From: a virus
DNA: 64,000 bases
IMG/VR virus record: IMGVR_UViG_3300032157_000003
Direction: 5' to 3' (one strand)
This document shows, one piece after another, positions 18,204-27,086 of the stretch. The stretch's first letter is position 1. Each line of letters opens with the position of its first letter. Made by a program: the position numbers and the translations under genes. The notes beneath the pieces are model-generated. The model had not been told where the DNA came from, searched no databases, and saw nothing but the letters and a program-made list of their open reading frames with translations.

Positions 18204-18488
18204 TTACTCTTTCGGGAGGTCGTAGAAACCTTCCGGTTCAGGGCGACGGGCGATCCAGCCTTCCGGCTTGTCGTCGCCTGTCTTCATGGCCTCAAAGGCT
18301 TTAACGGCCAAGGCCGGGTCCTTGAAGCAGTAGCGCGTTTCGTAGCCCGTCATGTCCATGTTCACGAACAGCGCGGTGGTGAACATCAGCTTTCCCAAGC
18401 CAATGATCGTGCCGTCTTCCAGCTTACGGACTTGTTCGTAGTAGCCCAGCTTCTTGATCCGCTCAAGCAGGGCTTCGTCAGGGGTCAT
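18204..18488 (-). CDS. hypothetical protein
   Basis: 94 aa; ATGA coupling. Confidence 0.7.
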   Translation of the reverse strand: MTPDEALLERIKKLGYYEQVRKLEDGTIIGLGKLMFTTALFVNMDMTGYETRYCFKDPALAVKAFEAMKTGDDKPEGWIARRPEPEGFYDLPKE

Positions 18489-19033
18489 AGGTCCTCCATG
18501 TCGCCTTCGTCATCGTCTTCGTCGCTGTCGTCCAACTTCAGCGGCCCCCAGTCCTCGTATGCCATCGGAGGTCTTTGGAACGTGTCAGGGTCGTAGTCCT
18601 CCGGCTGGAACTTCTCCCAGTCCAGCTCGCCGGTTTCGAGGTAGTACCGCAGCACCTGCGCGGCGATCTCTGCCGTGATCCATTCGTTTTCCGTACCGCC
18701 GTCACGGAACAACTTGGTGGCGAACTGCGACTCCATCGCGCTGTAGGGGTCCAGCCCCAGCAGGGTCATCGCCCGGTCCCTGACGCTATCCCACGGCATC
18801 TCACCGGCCTCGTTGCGCGAGGCGCGGATCAGGTCCACGTCATAGGGGTCGTTGAACTCCACCACGGCGCCGGCCACACAGCAAACGGCGCCGCACTCGG
18901 TAAAGTTCACACCCACGTCCATGCAGAACCACCTGACATCCATCCCGTTGTCCAAGATTTCGTGCGGGGCTCCCTGCTCCAGCCAGCGGGCCACCCGTTC
19001 CAGGCGGCGCCGCCCCTCAATGCTGAGTCTCAT
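18485..19033 (-). CDS. hypothetical protein (CGxxCCxAG motif)
   Basis: ECGAVCCVAG; acidic tail. Confidence 0.7.
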   Translation of the reverse strand: MRLSIEGRRRLERVARWLEQGAPHEILDNGMDVRWFCMDVGVNFTECGAVCCVAGAVVEFNDPYDVDLIRASRNEAGEMPWDSVRDRAMTLLGLDPYSAMESQFATKLFRDGGTENEWITAEIAAQVLRYYLETGELDWEKFQPEDYDPDTFQRPPMAYEDWGPLKLDDSDEDDDEGDMEDL

Positions 19034-19532
19034 TTTTGCCCACCTCGTTGATGACGTCCTTGGCCTCAGTGGCGATGGCCAGCAGCAGGTCGGGGACGTC
19101 GATGTACTTCGATGTTGGGGATTTGCTGAGCAGCAGCATCCGCTTGCTCAGCACGCCATCGGCCAGTCGCATCAGATGTGCCTCCAAGACGTTGATCCGC
19201 ATCTGTGCCTCGATCCAGTTGCGCTCAGCCGGGGAACAGACCTCGGCCTCCTGCGCCGCCTCGATGGCCCTCTGCACTGCCTCTGGCTCCGTGCAGGGCA
19301 CCAGCCGCTCGAACAACGGCATGTGCTTTTCCATAATGGCGAACGGGGCCATGGTGAACTCTTCGCCCACTTCCTCCGGGTGGTGGGTCACCGCGCACAC
19401 CGCGTCGACAAAGTTGTTGGTCTGCCGGTCGTAGCAGACCACCAGCGCCAGATCGTTGTTGGCAGCCGCCTGCCGGAGGACCTTCAAGTTGTTCTCGTTG
19501 CCGGGGCTGATTTGCGGGATTTCAGTCTTCAT
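19017..19532 (-). CDS. hypothetical protein
   Basis: 171 aa ORF. Confidence 0.65.
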   Translation of the reverse strand: MKTEIPQISPGNENNLKVLRQAAANNDLALVVCYDRQTNNFVDAVCAVTHHPEEVGEEFTMAPFAIMEKHMPLFERLVPCTEPEAVQRAIEAAQEAEVCSPAERNWIEAQMRINVLEAHLMRLADGVLSKRMLLLSKSPTSKYIDVPDLLLAIATEAKDVINEVGKNETQH

Positions 19533-19938
19533 TCTTTTCCTCCACGGCTGGGTCCAGGTTTTCCATTTCCTTCTTCAGCATCGCGATCAGTTCGTCATCG
19601 ACGAAGCACATACCCTTGGGCGGCACGGGCGTGTCACCGAAGAAGTTGGGCCACACCGAGGCCCGCATATGGGCGATCTTGCCGGTGCGATGCGCGCCAC
19701 GCAGGGTGACGCTGCCGTTGGGTTCCTTCTTGCTGAGATTGGGGTCGGCGCCGATCAAGGCAATGAAGCCGTCGTCCAGCAGCTTCTGGTGCTCTTCGCA
19801 CATGGCGAAGCCGGTGACGGTTTCCTTCTCAAAGCGGTCCTTCATGCGTTTGTCGATCAGCAGGGCGCCTGTAGAGTGCTGCTTGCCGCAGACCGGACAG
19901 ATCGCCGCCTCCAAGGTGACAAAGGATTTCTCGCTCAT
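19522..19938 (-). CDS. hypothetical Zn-binding protein
   Basis: CPVCG...CEEH; RBS AAGGAG, leader motif and palindrome upstream. Confidence 0.75.
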   Translation of the reverse strand: MSEKSFVTLEAAICPVCGKQHSTGALLIDKRMKDRFEKETVTGFAMCEEHQKLLDDGFIALIGADPNLSKKEPNGSVTLRGAHRTGKIAHMRASVWPNFFGDTPVPPKGMCFVDDELIAMLKKEMENLDPAVEEKNED

Positions 19939-19991
19939 TGTTTGCTCCTTGATGAAGGTGGCTCGCAAAGTGGCTTTGCGAGCCGGTTGGG

Positions 19992-20477
19992 TTACACGTT
20001 GTCTAGTTCATTACGCATTCGCTCGGCCTCGTCCCTTGCAGCCTCTGGCGTCGGGAAAGGGCCGGCATGAAACAGCTTCCCTGCTCGCCGGAATTTGACG
20101 AGAAACTTCCCTCGTTTCTTGTACACGTTCAGGTAACCAACCCCTGAACGGACCACCTTCAGGTTTGCATTGTTTACCTCATAGCCAGCCGCACGCAGGT
20201 TGAGGAACCGGTTGTTTCCGGGGTTCCCGTCCCTGTGGTCAACCAGCGATGGGGGCCAGAAGCCCGTGACTATCAGCCAAGCCAAGCGGTGCGCTTTGTA
20301 GCGCCGCTTGGCAATGGTGATGATCCTGTAACCTTTGCTGTCGGTAGTCCCGGCAGGCACACCGGCTGCGTGGCCGGGGGTGGCCTTCACTCGAATGAAC
20401 TCTCCAGTCTCAGGGTCATAACTGACGTTCTGGAGGACTTCTTCAACGGTCGGTATAAAGGCCGCAGGTTTCGTCAT
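19992..20477 (-). mobile_element. free-standing HNH endonuclease with AP2 domain
   Basis: YKAHRLAW...VDHRDGNPGNNRFLNLR (HNH) plus SGVGYLNVY...GPFPTPEAA (AP2). Confidence 0.9.
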
Positions 20478-20484
20478 AGTTCCC

Positions 20485-20880
20485 CTACACGTTGCGGTAG
20501 CCGTGGATGGTCACCACGAACTCCCGGCGTTTGGTTTGGCTGGCACTACCGTTGTATTGCCAGTGCCCGCAGCAGTCGAACTCACACCGGCAACCGCCAG
20601 AGAACGCTTCGCCCACGGCGAGGCACAGGAACTGGCTGAAGGTCGGCACCTTGTCATGGTGACGTTTCGCCTCCCGATAGTTGGCCTTGGCCGCTTCCAA
20701 GGCCAACGGGCTGACCGTCACCACGCAGGCGGAGGTGGACGAGTCGAGATCATTGCGGCCACGCACGGTGCGCAGCAGGGTGTGCTGCGCGAGGCAGGCG
20801 TAGGCGTACTTGTCGAGCGAGGCCCACCCCTGAACGTAGTGGTGGGTCAGGCGGTATTCGAGACTCAGTGAAGTCTTCAT
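20485..20880 (-). CDS. hypothetical protein
   Basis: Start MKTSLSL; CRCEFDCCGHW motif. Confidence 0.7.
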   Translation of the reverse strand: MKTSLSLEYRLTHHYVQGWASLDKYAYACLAQHTLLRTVRGRNDLDSSTSACVVTVSPLALEAAKANYREAKRHHDKVPTFSQFLCLAVGEAFSGGCRCEFDCCGHWQYNGSASQTKRREFVVTIHGYRNV

Positions 20881-20890
20881 AGTTGGTGCC

Positions 20891-21211
20891 TCAGTAAATC
20901 GGTAGTCCCGGCTGCACGGCGGCGTGGGTATCCAGTCGCACCCAGCGGTCGGTGAAGTTGTTGTCTTCCAGCCACTTGCGCAGGTCTTGCAGACACTTCG
21001 GCAGCGGCTCTTTCTCCAGCGGCATGTCCGGGTGGAAGAAGTGCAGGAAGTAGCCGTACTCCCACTCCACACAGACGCACCACGGGCTGTCGTTGCGGTC
21101 CTTGTCCAATCGAGCACAGGTCGCAGCATCAAGGTGCTTCGTGCTCAGCACCGGTATCCGGTGTACCTCGCAAAGTTCTTTGCGAGTTCCGGTGCGTAGT
21201 TTCTTTGTCAC
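20891..21211 (-). CDS. DUF5983-like protein
   Basis: VLSTKHLDAAT...EYGYFL...LPKCL...WVRLD. Confidence 0.6.
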   Translation of the reverse strand: MTKKLRTGTRKELCEVHRIPVLSTKHLDAATCARLDKDRNDSPWCVCVEWEYGYFLHFFHPDMPLEKEPLPKCLQDLRKWLEDNNFTDRWVRLDTHAAVQPGLPIY

Positions 21212-21213
21212 GG

Positions 21214-21717
21214 TTATCCCCTTCTACGTTTATCCAAGTAGGCAATCGCGGCGGCTACAGGCGGTGCGTGCTTGAACTCAGGCTTGCCGCCTTCGTCGTC
21301 CGCCCACTTCTTCCCACAGCCGTCGCAGATTTCCCATATCGCCCCACCACGGTGGGTTTCTTCGTGCTGACAGGTTTCGCTGTCGATGTGCTCCACCAAG
21401 TCCTTCAGCAAGTACTCGGCCTTGCTGAACCGTTCGACGGCGGCATGGATGGGCCAGAAGTCCTCGTCCAGCCGCTTCAACCTCCGATTGAGCAGGCGAT
21501 GGATGCCCCGCACGTCATGCAGGAAGTCCTTGTCGTTTGCTTCCGCCAGCTCCTGCAACTTCAAAGGGCAGGCGAAGGCGTGACAGGTGCCGATGTCCTT
21601 CGTCAGTTGCATGGAGCTGGCCACTAGACTCCCTTCCGTGGCCAGCTTCATGGCGCGACCGATGATCATGCCCAGATACAGCGGTTCGTTCCCTTTCAGG
21701 TTGAACTCTTCGAGCAC
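21214..21717 (-). CDS. DUF6874-like protein with C-terminal Zn ribbon
   Basis: PLKLQELAEANDKDFLHDVRGIHRLLNR...F.P; CDGCG. Confidence 0.6.
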   Translation of the reverse strand: MLEEFNLKGNEPLYLGMIIGRAMKLATEGSLVASSMQLTKDIGTCHAFACPLKLQELAEANDKDFLHDVRGIHRLLNRRLKRLDEDFWPIHAAVERFSKAEYLLKDLVEHIDSETCQHEETHRGGAIWEICDGCGKKWADDEGGKPEFKHAPPVAAAIAYLDKRRRG

Positions 21718-21720
21718 GGG

Positions 21721-22170
21721 TTAGCCCTCAATCTCGATGGTGGTGGCCAGTTTCAGGTCGCGGTAGCCAGTCAGTTTCAGGTCGTCAGTCCACTCGGCCC
21801 CGCAACCGTTGCAGTGCGCGTCCTGCCAGTAGCCGTCATCGTCGCTCTGCACGGCACCCTGACTCTCGACGTCCTTGGAGCAGCATTTAGGGCACAGTTG
21901 CCCGCCGTGCTCGACGTACTCTTCCTGGCCCATCACGCGCTCACCCAGCACGATGCTGGCCGGCTGTTTATCCGGGTCGAACGCCACCCGGAACATGCCC
22001 ACCTCATGGTGGGTGTGGGGGCTGGCGACGATCAGGTCAATCAGCGTATCCACGGAGCGACTGTGGGTGTCGTGCTGGGTCAGGATGGACAGCATCCAGC
22101 GCAGCGGCTCTTCGCGCAGTTCGGCAGTCTCGCCAGCTTTGCCGACTTCAAACACACGTTCAGTTTTCAT
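21721..22170 (-). CDS. hypothetical Zn-ribbon protein
   Basis: CPKC...CNGCGAEW. Confidence 0.65.
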   Translation of the reverse strand: MKTERVFEVGKAGETAELREEPLRWMLSILTQHDTHSRSVDTLIDLIVASPHTHHEVGMFRVAFDPDKQPASIVLGERVMGQEEYVEHGGQLCPKCCSKDVESQGAVQSDDDGYWQDAHCNGCGAEWTDDLKLTGYRDLKLATTIEIEG

Positions 22171-22181
22171 GGTCTTACCCT

Positions 22182-22358
22182 CTAGGTGCTGCGGTTGCGC
22201 AGTTCCGCTTCGATGGCCTTCACCTTGTCGTCGGCCATCCGGTATTCGCTGAACTGCATGTTTTCGTCGGCGTGCTCCCGCAATGCCTTGTTCCATTCCA
22301 AGGCGGCGCGCAGCTCGTCGGTGCTCATTTCTTTGGCCTGCTGTTTAAGGTCAGGCAT
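22182..22358 (-). CDS. hypothetical protein
   Basis: 58 aa; RBS GAGGA. Confidence 0.6.
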   Translation of the reverse strand: MPDLKQQAKEMSTDELRAALEWNKALREHADENMQFSEYRMADDKVKAIEAELRNRST

Positions 22359-22579
22359 GTGCGTTTCCTCTTCTGTTTCACTGATTTGACGAACGCCTCC
22401 ATCGCTCGGCAGTTCGCCGTGATCTGTTCCCCCGATGACAGCTCGGCTTGGCAGACGCTGCACACGGACATTTCTATCCGCACCACGCCGGTTTGGCCGT
22501 TGTGTTTCACCTCATGGTCAAAACTGGCGTCGTGCAGGACGCCCTCCCCGCATACCGGGCACTGCTCCAATTCGTCCAC
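22325..22579 (-). CDS. MqsA/YgiT-type Zn-finger protein lacking the HTH domain
   Basis: CPVCGEG...VCSVCQAELSSGEQITANCRAMEAFVKSV parallels the MqsA N-terminal domain. Confidence 0.7.
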   Translation of the reverse strand: MDELEQCPVCGEGVLHDASFDHEVKHNGQTGVVRIEMSVCSVCQAELSSGEQITANCRAMEAFVKSVKQKRKRTCLTLNSRPKK

Positions 22580-22581
22580 GG

Positions 22582-22818
22582 TCAGCAGACCAGCACGATA
22601 TGCACGCAGCCCACGCGGGTGTCGCAGGGGTTGCGCTCGGGGTCTTTCTTCCCGCCGGGGTCGCCTGCCCTACGGATAGTCCAGCCGTGGGTGGTGCCGG
22701 CTGGCTGAGCTTCGTTGGCGAAGGTCTCCACCTCTTCGTCAGTGAAACCTTCCGGTACGCACACCTGAAGGTGGAACAGGGCCATGCGGGTGACCTCCGG
22801 CTTCAGTTCGTCACTCAA
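22582..22818 (-). CDS. hypothetical protein
   Basis: QVCVP....EEVETFAN...GTTHGW; TTG start, or ATG at 22785. Confidence 0.65.
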   Translation of the reverse strand: MSDELKPEVTRMALFHLQVCVPEGFTDEEVETFANEAQPAGTTHGWTIRRAGDPGGKKDPERNPCDTRVGCVHIVLVC

Positions 22819-22820
22819 TT

Positions 22821-23030
22821 TCAGTCCTCCAAGTCTTTCAGGGTGATGTTCTCCAGCCACAGCGGGCCGAACTGGTTGCGCACCTGTTGCAGCAGGGTGC
22901 GGTCGGCTTCCGAGCTGTGGGGGTAGGTCGCAAGCATCCAGCAGCGGTGCAGTCCGGCCTTCCATCCCCCTCCGTATTGCTCGGCAAAGCGGCGCACGGC
23001 GGCGCGTTGTTCCATGTCGGGTTGCTTCAT
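22821..23030 (-). CDS. hypothetical protein
   Basis: 69 aa; LQQVRNQFGPLWL. Confidence 0.65.
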   Translation of the reverse strand: MKQPDMEQRAAVRRFAEQYGGGWKAGLHRCWMLATYPHSSEADRTLLQQVRNQFGPLWLENITLKDLED

Positions 23031-23032
23031 CG

Positions 23033-23197
23033 TTACCTCCGGCGATTCAGCTCATGGATGCGCTCATCAACCCGTTCGTTGTAGTTGCGGTTGTTCAGGG
23101 CAATCAGAATCCAGACGATGGCCCACGGGAAGAACAGAATCGACAGGATCAGATGGCCGATGTGATTGGTTTTGCGGTACTGGTACAGCTTGCTCAT
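23033..23197 (-). CDS. 54-aa membrane protein
   Basis: Hand-found MSKLYQYRKTNHIGHLILSILFFPWAIVWILIAL...; RBS AAGGAG. Confidence 0.65.
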   Translation of the reverse strand: MSKLYQYRKTNHIGHLILSILFFPWAIVWILIALNNRNYNERVDERIHELNRRR

Positions 23198-23442
23198 TTG
23201 CTCTCCTTAGATGGGGTTGTCGGGTTGGTTGCTGCACCACCTCCCGGTGGCAGGATGTAGCAGTGGGTCACACCTCGATCCATGAGCTCTTTAAGGCAGG
23301 CATTGGCCTCTTCCTCGGTGTCCCAACGCATCGTGCTCATGCACCACTCCGGGGGGTCGGTGACGACTGTCCACTGGGTTGGGTGCCACAGCACGATGTT
23401 GTCGCGGGCCATGGCTTTACGCTGTTGCCACGTGCTCATCAC
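23194..23442 (-). CDS. hypothetical protein
   Basis: 82 aa; coupled to neighbours. Confidence 0.55.
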   Translation of the reverse strand: MMSTWQQRKAMARDNIVLWHPTQWTVVTDPPEWCMSTMRWDTEEEANACLKELMDRGVTHCYILPPGGGAATNPTTPSKESK

Positions 23443-23660
23443 TCGTCCCCTTCGTCGACGGGCTCGAAACGCCAGTTGCCCAGCACGACCTCACCCCCAT
23501 CACTGAGGGTGTGGCGCGCTTCGACGGCCTTGGCGGTCTGGTCTACGGTGAAACCACCGCCTGCTGCGTGCAGCAGGTACTGCGTCAGGACGGTGGCCTG
23601 AATGGGGACTATCCCGCTCTCACCGTTGGGCGGGGTCACTTTCACGTTCTTCGTTGCCAT
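23439..23660 (-). CDS. hypothetical protein
   Basis: Start MATKNV; leader motif and palindrome upstream. Confidence 0.7.
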   Translation of the reverse strand: MATKNVKVTPPNGESGIVPIQATVLTQYLLHAAGGGFTVDQTAKAVEARHTLSDGGEVVLGNWRFEPVDEGDE

Positions 23661-23688
23661 GTGTTGCTCTCCTTGATGAAGGTTGTTG

Positions 23689-24054
23689 TTATTCGCAAAG
23701 CTGCTTTGCGAGTTCGTCCAAGACCAGCTCTTCGGTGGACCAGCCAGTGGACGAGTCGCCGTGCTTTTCGTAGCCCTCGAAGCACACCCCGCCGTCGTCA
23801 ACCACCACGCGGCATGCCTCCTGCCGGAACTCGGTGTTTTCTTCGAGGACCCCCGGCTCGATCTCGTTGAAGAATTTGCAGCGGGCGTCCCAGGCCTCGA
23901 CCTTGTACAGGTCGTTGGCCTTGATCACCTTGGTCCAGTGCAGCCACGTCAGCACGTCGAGAGTGCTGATCTCGACCTTGGCCTTGTCCGGTCTGAGCGT
24001 CAGCCCGCCGTCATTGTCGTAGTGAACTTCGACCTCAAAGGTAAGAGTGGCCAT
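23689..24054 (-). CDS. hypothetical protein
   Basis: 121 aa; C-terminus LAKQLCE* is encoded by a palindrome copy. Confidence 0.7.
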   Translation of the reverse strand: MATLTFEVEVHYDNDGGLTLRPDKAKVEISTLDVLTWLHWTKVIKANDLYKVEAWDARCKFFNEIEPGVLEENTEFRQEACRVVVDDGGVCFEGYEKHGDSSTGWSTEELVLDELAKQLCE

Positions 24055-24081
24055 CTTGTTGCTCTCCTGTATGAAGGATGG

Positions 24082-25194
24082 TTACAGCGTGCTTTCCAGA
24101 TGCTTGAGCATGTCCAGCAGCTCGCGGGCCTCCCCGTCTTGCTGCGCCAGCAACTCGTAAATCTGGCGCTCGTCGTACTGCCGGCGTTTCTGGATCAGGC
24201 GGGCCTTCACCTGAACAATCTGATCCATCCGCGACTGCACCCCGGTGGCGAAGGTCTCGTTGAACACGCCGAGGATGGCCGACCGCGCCATGCCCTGAAG
24301 GTCCGGGTCGTCCCGTTCGATCAGGCCGATGGAGAACGGGTTGCTGGTGTCCTCCGACGCCTTGCGATGCACCACGGCATAGTCGCCAATCCGGGTGTCC
24401 ACCGGGGCGAAGTAGAAGTACTCCTGCGAGCCCGTACCTGCGAAGGTCACGACCACCACCTTCATAGCTGTGGACTCCAGGCCGTTCATGGGGGCGTAGG
24501 CGCCATTCGCCTCGCCGTAGGCCATCTCAGCCACCGGCTCCAACGGCGGCAGGGGCTTGGGTGCTGCCTCTGCCGCTGTCTTCTTGACCTCTTCCCACTC
24601 CCCTTCCGTCACCTCATCCGGGGCTGGCGCAGGTTCCGCTGCTGGCGCGGGGGCCACCGGCAGCTCTGGAAACTCCGCCATGGCTTCCATCATGGCCTCG
24701 TGCGAGATGTTCAAGTGCTCACCACCACTGGTCACCATCTCGTCGAACGCGGGCTCGGCAGGGGCTGCTGGCGCGGGGGCCTTGGCCTTCTTCACCTTCT
24801 TGGTTGGCGCTGGCTCGACCGGCACCTTCACGCCCTTGAAGCTCCAGTGGTAGCGGAACTCCGTGGGCGAGTCCACGGCATGCGACCAAGGCAACAGGTC
24901 GTACAGGTTCTTCGGCACGTTGCGGAAGCCCTTCGCCAGCCGGGTGCGGAACAGGTCCGCGCACTTGTTCAGTTCCCAGTCGTGCGAGCCGGGGAACTCG
25001 ACCTTCACATAGTCCATCCAGTCCTTCTTATCCAGACGGGCGATGCAGTTCTTCACGTCGGGCGTGTCCTTGATCCGGCAGAAGCCGGAGTCGACCAACT
25101 GCTTCAACGTCGGACCTTTCGCGCCCAGCTTGTACTTGCTCACCCAGTCCGTCAGGCGGTCAAGGTCAGGGTTGTGATCCACTTTCTTCTTCAT
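24082..25194 (-). CDS. hypothetical two-domain protein with Pro/Ala/Glu linker
   Basis: 370 aa from MKKKVDH. Confidence 0.7.
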   Translation of the reverse strand: MKKKVDHNPDLDRLTDWVSKYKLGAKGPTLKQLVDSGFCRIKDTPDVKNCIARLDKKDWMDYVKVEFPGSHDWELNKCADLFRTRLAKGFRNVPKNLYDLLPWSHAVDSPTEFRYHWSFKGVKVPVEPAPTKKVKKAKAPAPAAPAEPAFDEMVTSGGEHLNISHEAMMEAMAEFPELPVAPAPAAEPAPAPDEVTEGEWEEVKKTAAEAAPKPLPPLEPVAEMAYGEANGAYAPMNGLESTAMKVVVVTFAGTGSQEYFYFAPVDTRIGDYAVVHRKASEDTSNPFSIGLIERDDPDLQGMARSAILGVFNETFATGVQSRMDQIVQVKARLIQKRRQYDERQIYELLAQQDGEARELLDMLKHLESTL

Positions 25195-25648
25195 GATGCA
25201 GCCCCTCTCGGGTGATGTAGCTGTTGGGCACCCTGACAAGGGTGCGGAGTCCCGTCTTTGGCGGGGTTTTGTTGGGTGGCAGGCCGAAGGCATCGTCCAC
25301 CGACTTCCCTTCCTTGAGCCGGCGGTGGATGGTCCGTTCGCTGGCCTTGGCAAACACCGCCAGTTCCTTGACCGTTCCGGTCCGCCCCTGCCACGTATAC
25401 AAATGGTTGTCCCGGCGAGCGGTTCGCGCCCGGTCCAGAGCCGCCAGCATCTTCTCGCTGGCACCCTTGGGCCGGTTCGCGTTGCCGATCTTGTTGCCGA
25501 GGGTCTTCCCCCGCTTGGCCCAAACGATGTCCGGCCAACACTTCAAAATCTCCCAGAAATACTCCCGGCACATGCCCAGCGCCTTCATGGTCTGGGTCTT
25601 CGACAGGCCGTTGGCGGCACTGGCCCGGATGAACTCTTCCGTGTTCAC
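25166..25648 (-). CDS. HTH-containing phage protein
   Basis: NTEEFIRASAANGLSKTQTMKALG...; C-terminal TVKELAVFAKASERTIHRRLKEG HTH. Confidence 0.65.
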   Translation of the reverse strand: MNTEEFIRASAANGLSKTQTMKALGMCREYFWEILKCWPDIVWAKRGKTLGNKIGNANRPKGASEKMLAALDRARTARRDNHLYTWQGRTGTVKELAVFAKASERTIHRRLKEGKSVDDAFGLPPNKTPPKTGLRTLVRVPNSYITREGLHHEEESGSQP

Positions 25649-26043
25649 GGTTGCTCGGCCTCCACTTCCCGCATCGCCTTGATGTCCGGCATCTCTTCGA
25701 TGAAGGCGTTGGCCGCATGGAAGCCGTCGATGCCAAACCGCTCGGCCTCTTTGCGCGCTTCGACGTGCGCAGGGCCGAAGTTGTGGTCGTTCCAGCAGTA
25801 GGCGATCCACAGCGTTCGACGGGCCAAGGCTTGGATGGCCTGCTGGTGCTTCTCCAGCTCCGCTACCCGGCGTTCGGCCACTTCCAGGCGGTTGTCCAGC
25901 GGCTTGCAGTGCTGCAATACGAACGGCGTCCAGCCCTGATTGCAGGTGGCGGCGTACTCATCCGCCGCCTCCTGTGTAGGGAAGGCCTTGCTGGTCATCG
26001 AGATCAGCTTGCCTTCCGCGTCGTGTCCAACGACATAGAACAT
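25645..26043 (-). CDS. hypothetical protein
   Basis: Start MFYVVG; RBS AAGGAG; palindrome upstream. Confidence 0.7.
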   Translation of the reverse strand: MFYVVGHDAEGKLISMTSKAFPTQEAADEYAATCNQGWTPFVLQHCKPLDNRLEVAERRVAELEKHQQAIQALARRTLWIAYCWNDHNFGPAHVEARKEAERFGIDGFHAANAFIEEMPDIKAMREVEAEQP

Positions 26044-26083
26044 GGTTGTCTCCTTCTTAGTTCGCAAAGTGCTTTGCGAAGCC

Positions 26084-26443
26084 CTAGCGGACCGGTTCGA
26101 GGTTGATGAACTCTTCGGTGACGATGACCTTGACGCCCCTCGACCCTTCCCGGCCCAGCATGGTGGTCAGGTCCCTGACCGGCAGGAACTGGCCGAAGTC
26201 GTCGCCGCCGAAACGCTCGCGAGCGTTGTCCCACCAGTCCTCGTCCTTCTCCGGGTCGCAGAAGGGGAAGTAGAAGATGACTTTCTGGTCGGGCTCAGAA
26301 CCGACTGTGGCGCCAACATAGGCGCCTTGATCTTTTGCCACGAAGAACTTTTCCAGCCCGTTGCACTGGCAGAAGGTGACCAGCCGGTCCACCTGCTCCC
26401 GGTTCAGGGAGAGGACCTGGGTTTGTGTCTTTGAGTGGTGCAT
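26084..26443 (-). CDS. DUF3085-family protein
   Basis: FFVAKDQGAYV...FGGDDFGQFL. Confidence 0.75.
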   Translation of the reverse strand: MHHSKTQTQVLSLNREQVDRLVTFCQCNGLEKFFVAKDQGAYVGATVGSEPDQKVIFYFPFCDPEKDEDWWDNARERFGGDDFGQFLPVRDLTTMLGREGSRGVKVIVTEEFINLEPVR

Positions 26444-26455
26444 TTCAGCCTCTTC

Positions 26456-26590
26456 TTATTTTCGTTTGGTCAGGTCGGCCCAGATCATCGCCAGCACAAA
26501 CAGGCCGGCGAAGACCTTGAACACGGCAATCAGGTAGCCGATGAGGATTACCTTTCCCCACCACGGCAGCAGGTCGATCATCTTCCACAT
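26456..26590 (-). CDS. 44-aa membrane protein
   Basis: MWKMIDLLPWWGKVILIGYLIAVFKVFAGLFVLAMIWADLTKRK; RBS GGAGG. Confidence 0.55.
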   Translation of the reverse strand: MWKMIDLLPWWGKVILIGYLIAVFKVFAGLFVLAMIWADLTKRK

Positions 26591-26757
26591 CACCCGTCCT
26601 CCGAGTTGTCGATGTACAGCCAGAAACACTTCAGGACGCACCAGACCACGTACACCGCCGCTATCCATAGGGCGATGTACTTGAAGGTCCACAGTACCCA
26701 CAGCCAGAGCACCAGCTTTGCCTGCCACGGTATGGCGTCGAGTATTTTCCAAATCAC
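26590..26757 (-). CDS. 55-aa membrane protein
   Basis: MIWKILDAIPWQAKLVLWLWVLWTFKY...; similar to its neighbour. Confidence 0.55.
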   Translation of the reverse strand: MIWKILDAIPWQAKLVLWLWVLWTFKYIALWIAAVYVVWCVLKCFWLYIDNSEDG

Positions 26758-27086
26758 TTGTCGTCCTTCCAGCCGGGGCCATGGCCCTTGATGGGTTTCC
26801 AGCCGCGTCCGTCCTCGCCTTTCGGCAGCTTCGGCGGCGTCCTCTTCTTTGGTTCCGGTAGCCTGAAGTCCGTGTCCGGGGCGTAGGTGCCTGAGTACAG
26901 CTCCTGCAAGTACTTCTCCCATTCTGCGTCCCGCAGGTTGTCCGGCAGGACGGGAGCCGCGCCCAACTTGATCTTGTTGGGCTTCTCCGGGCTGGCGTAG
27001 CGCACCACTTCACCGCCGTACTGCTGGAACTCTTCCCTCTTCTCGGCCAGCAACTTGGCCAACTCTTCTTTGTTCATGACGGTCAT
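26754..27086 (-). CDS. protein with SutA-like RNAP-binding motif
   Basis: KEELAKLLAEKREEFQQYGGEVVRY resembles the SutA C-domain (ERDALAKAMEEFLSRGGKVQEI, from memory). Confidence 0.45.
   Translation of the reverse strand: MTVMNKEELAKLLAEKREEFQQYGGEVVRYASPEKPNKIKLGAAPVLPDNLRDAEWEKYLQELYSGTYAPDTDFRLPEPKKRTPPKLPKGEDGRGWKPIKGHGPGWKDDK

Noticed and set aside
23683-25215. 510-aa plus-strand ORF
   Set aside because: Shadow of the minus-strand genes 23689-25194.
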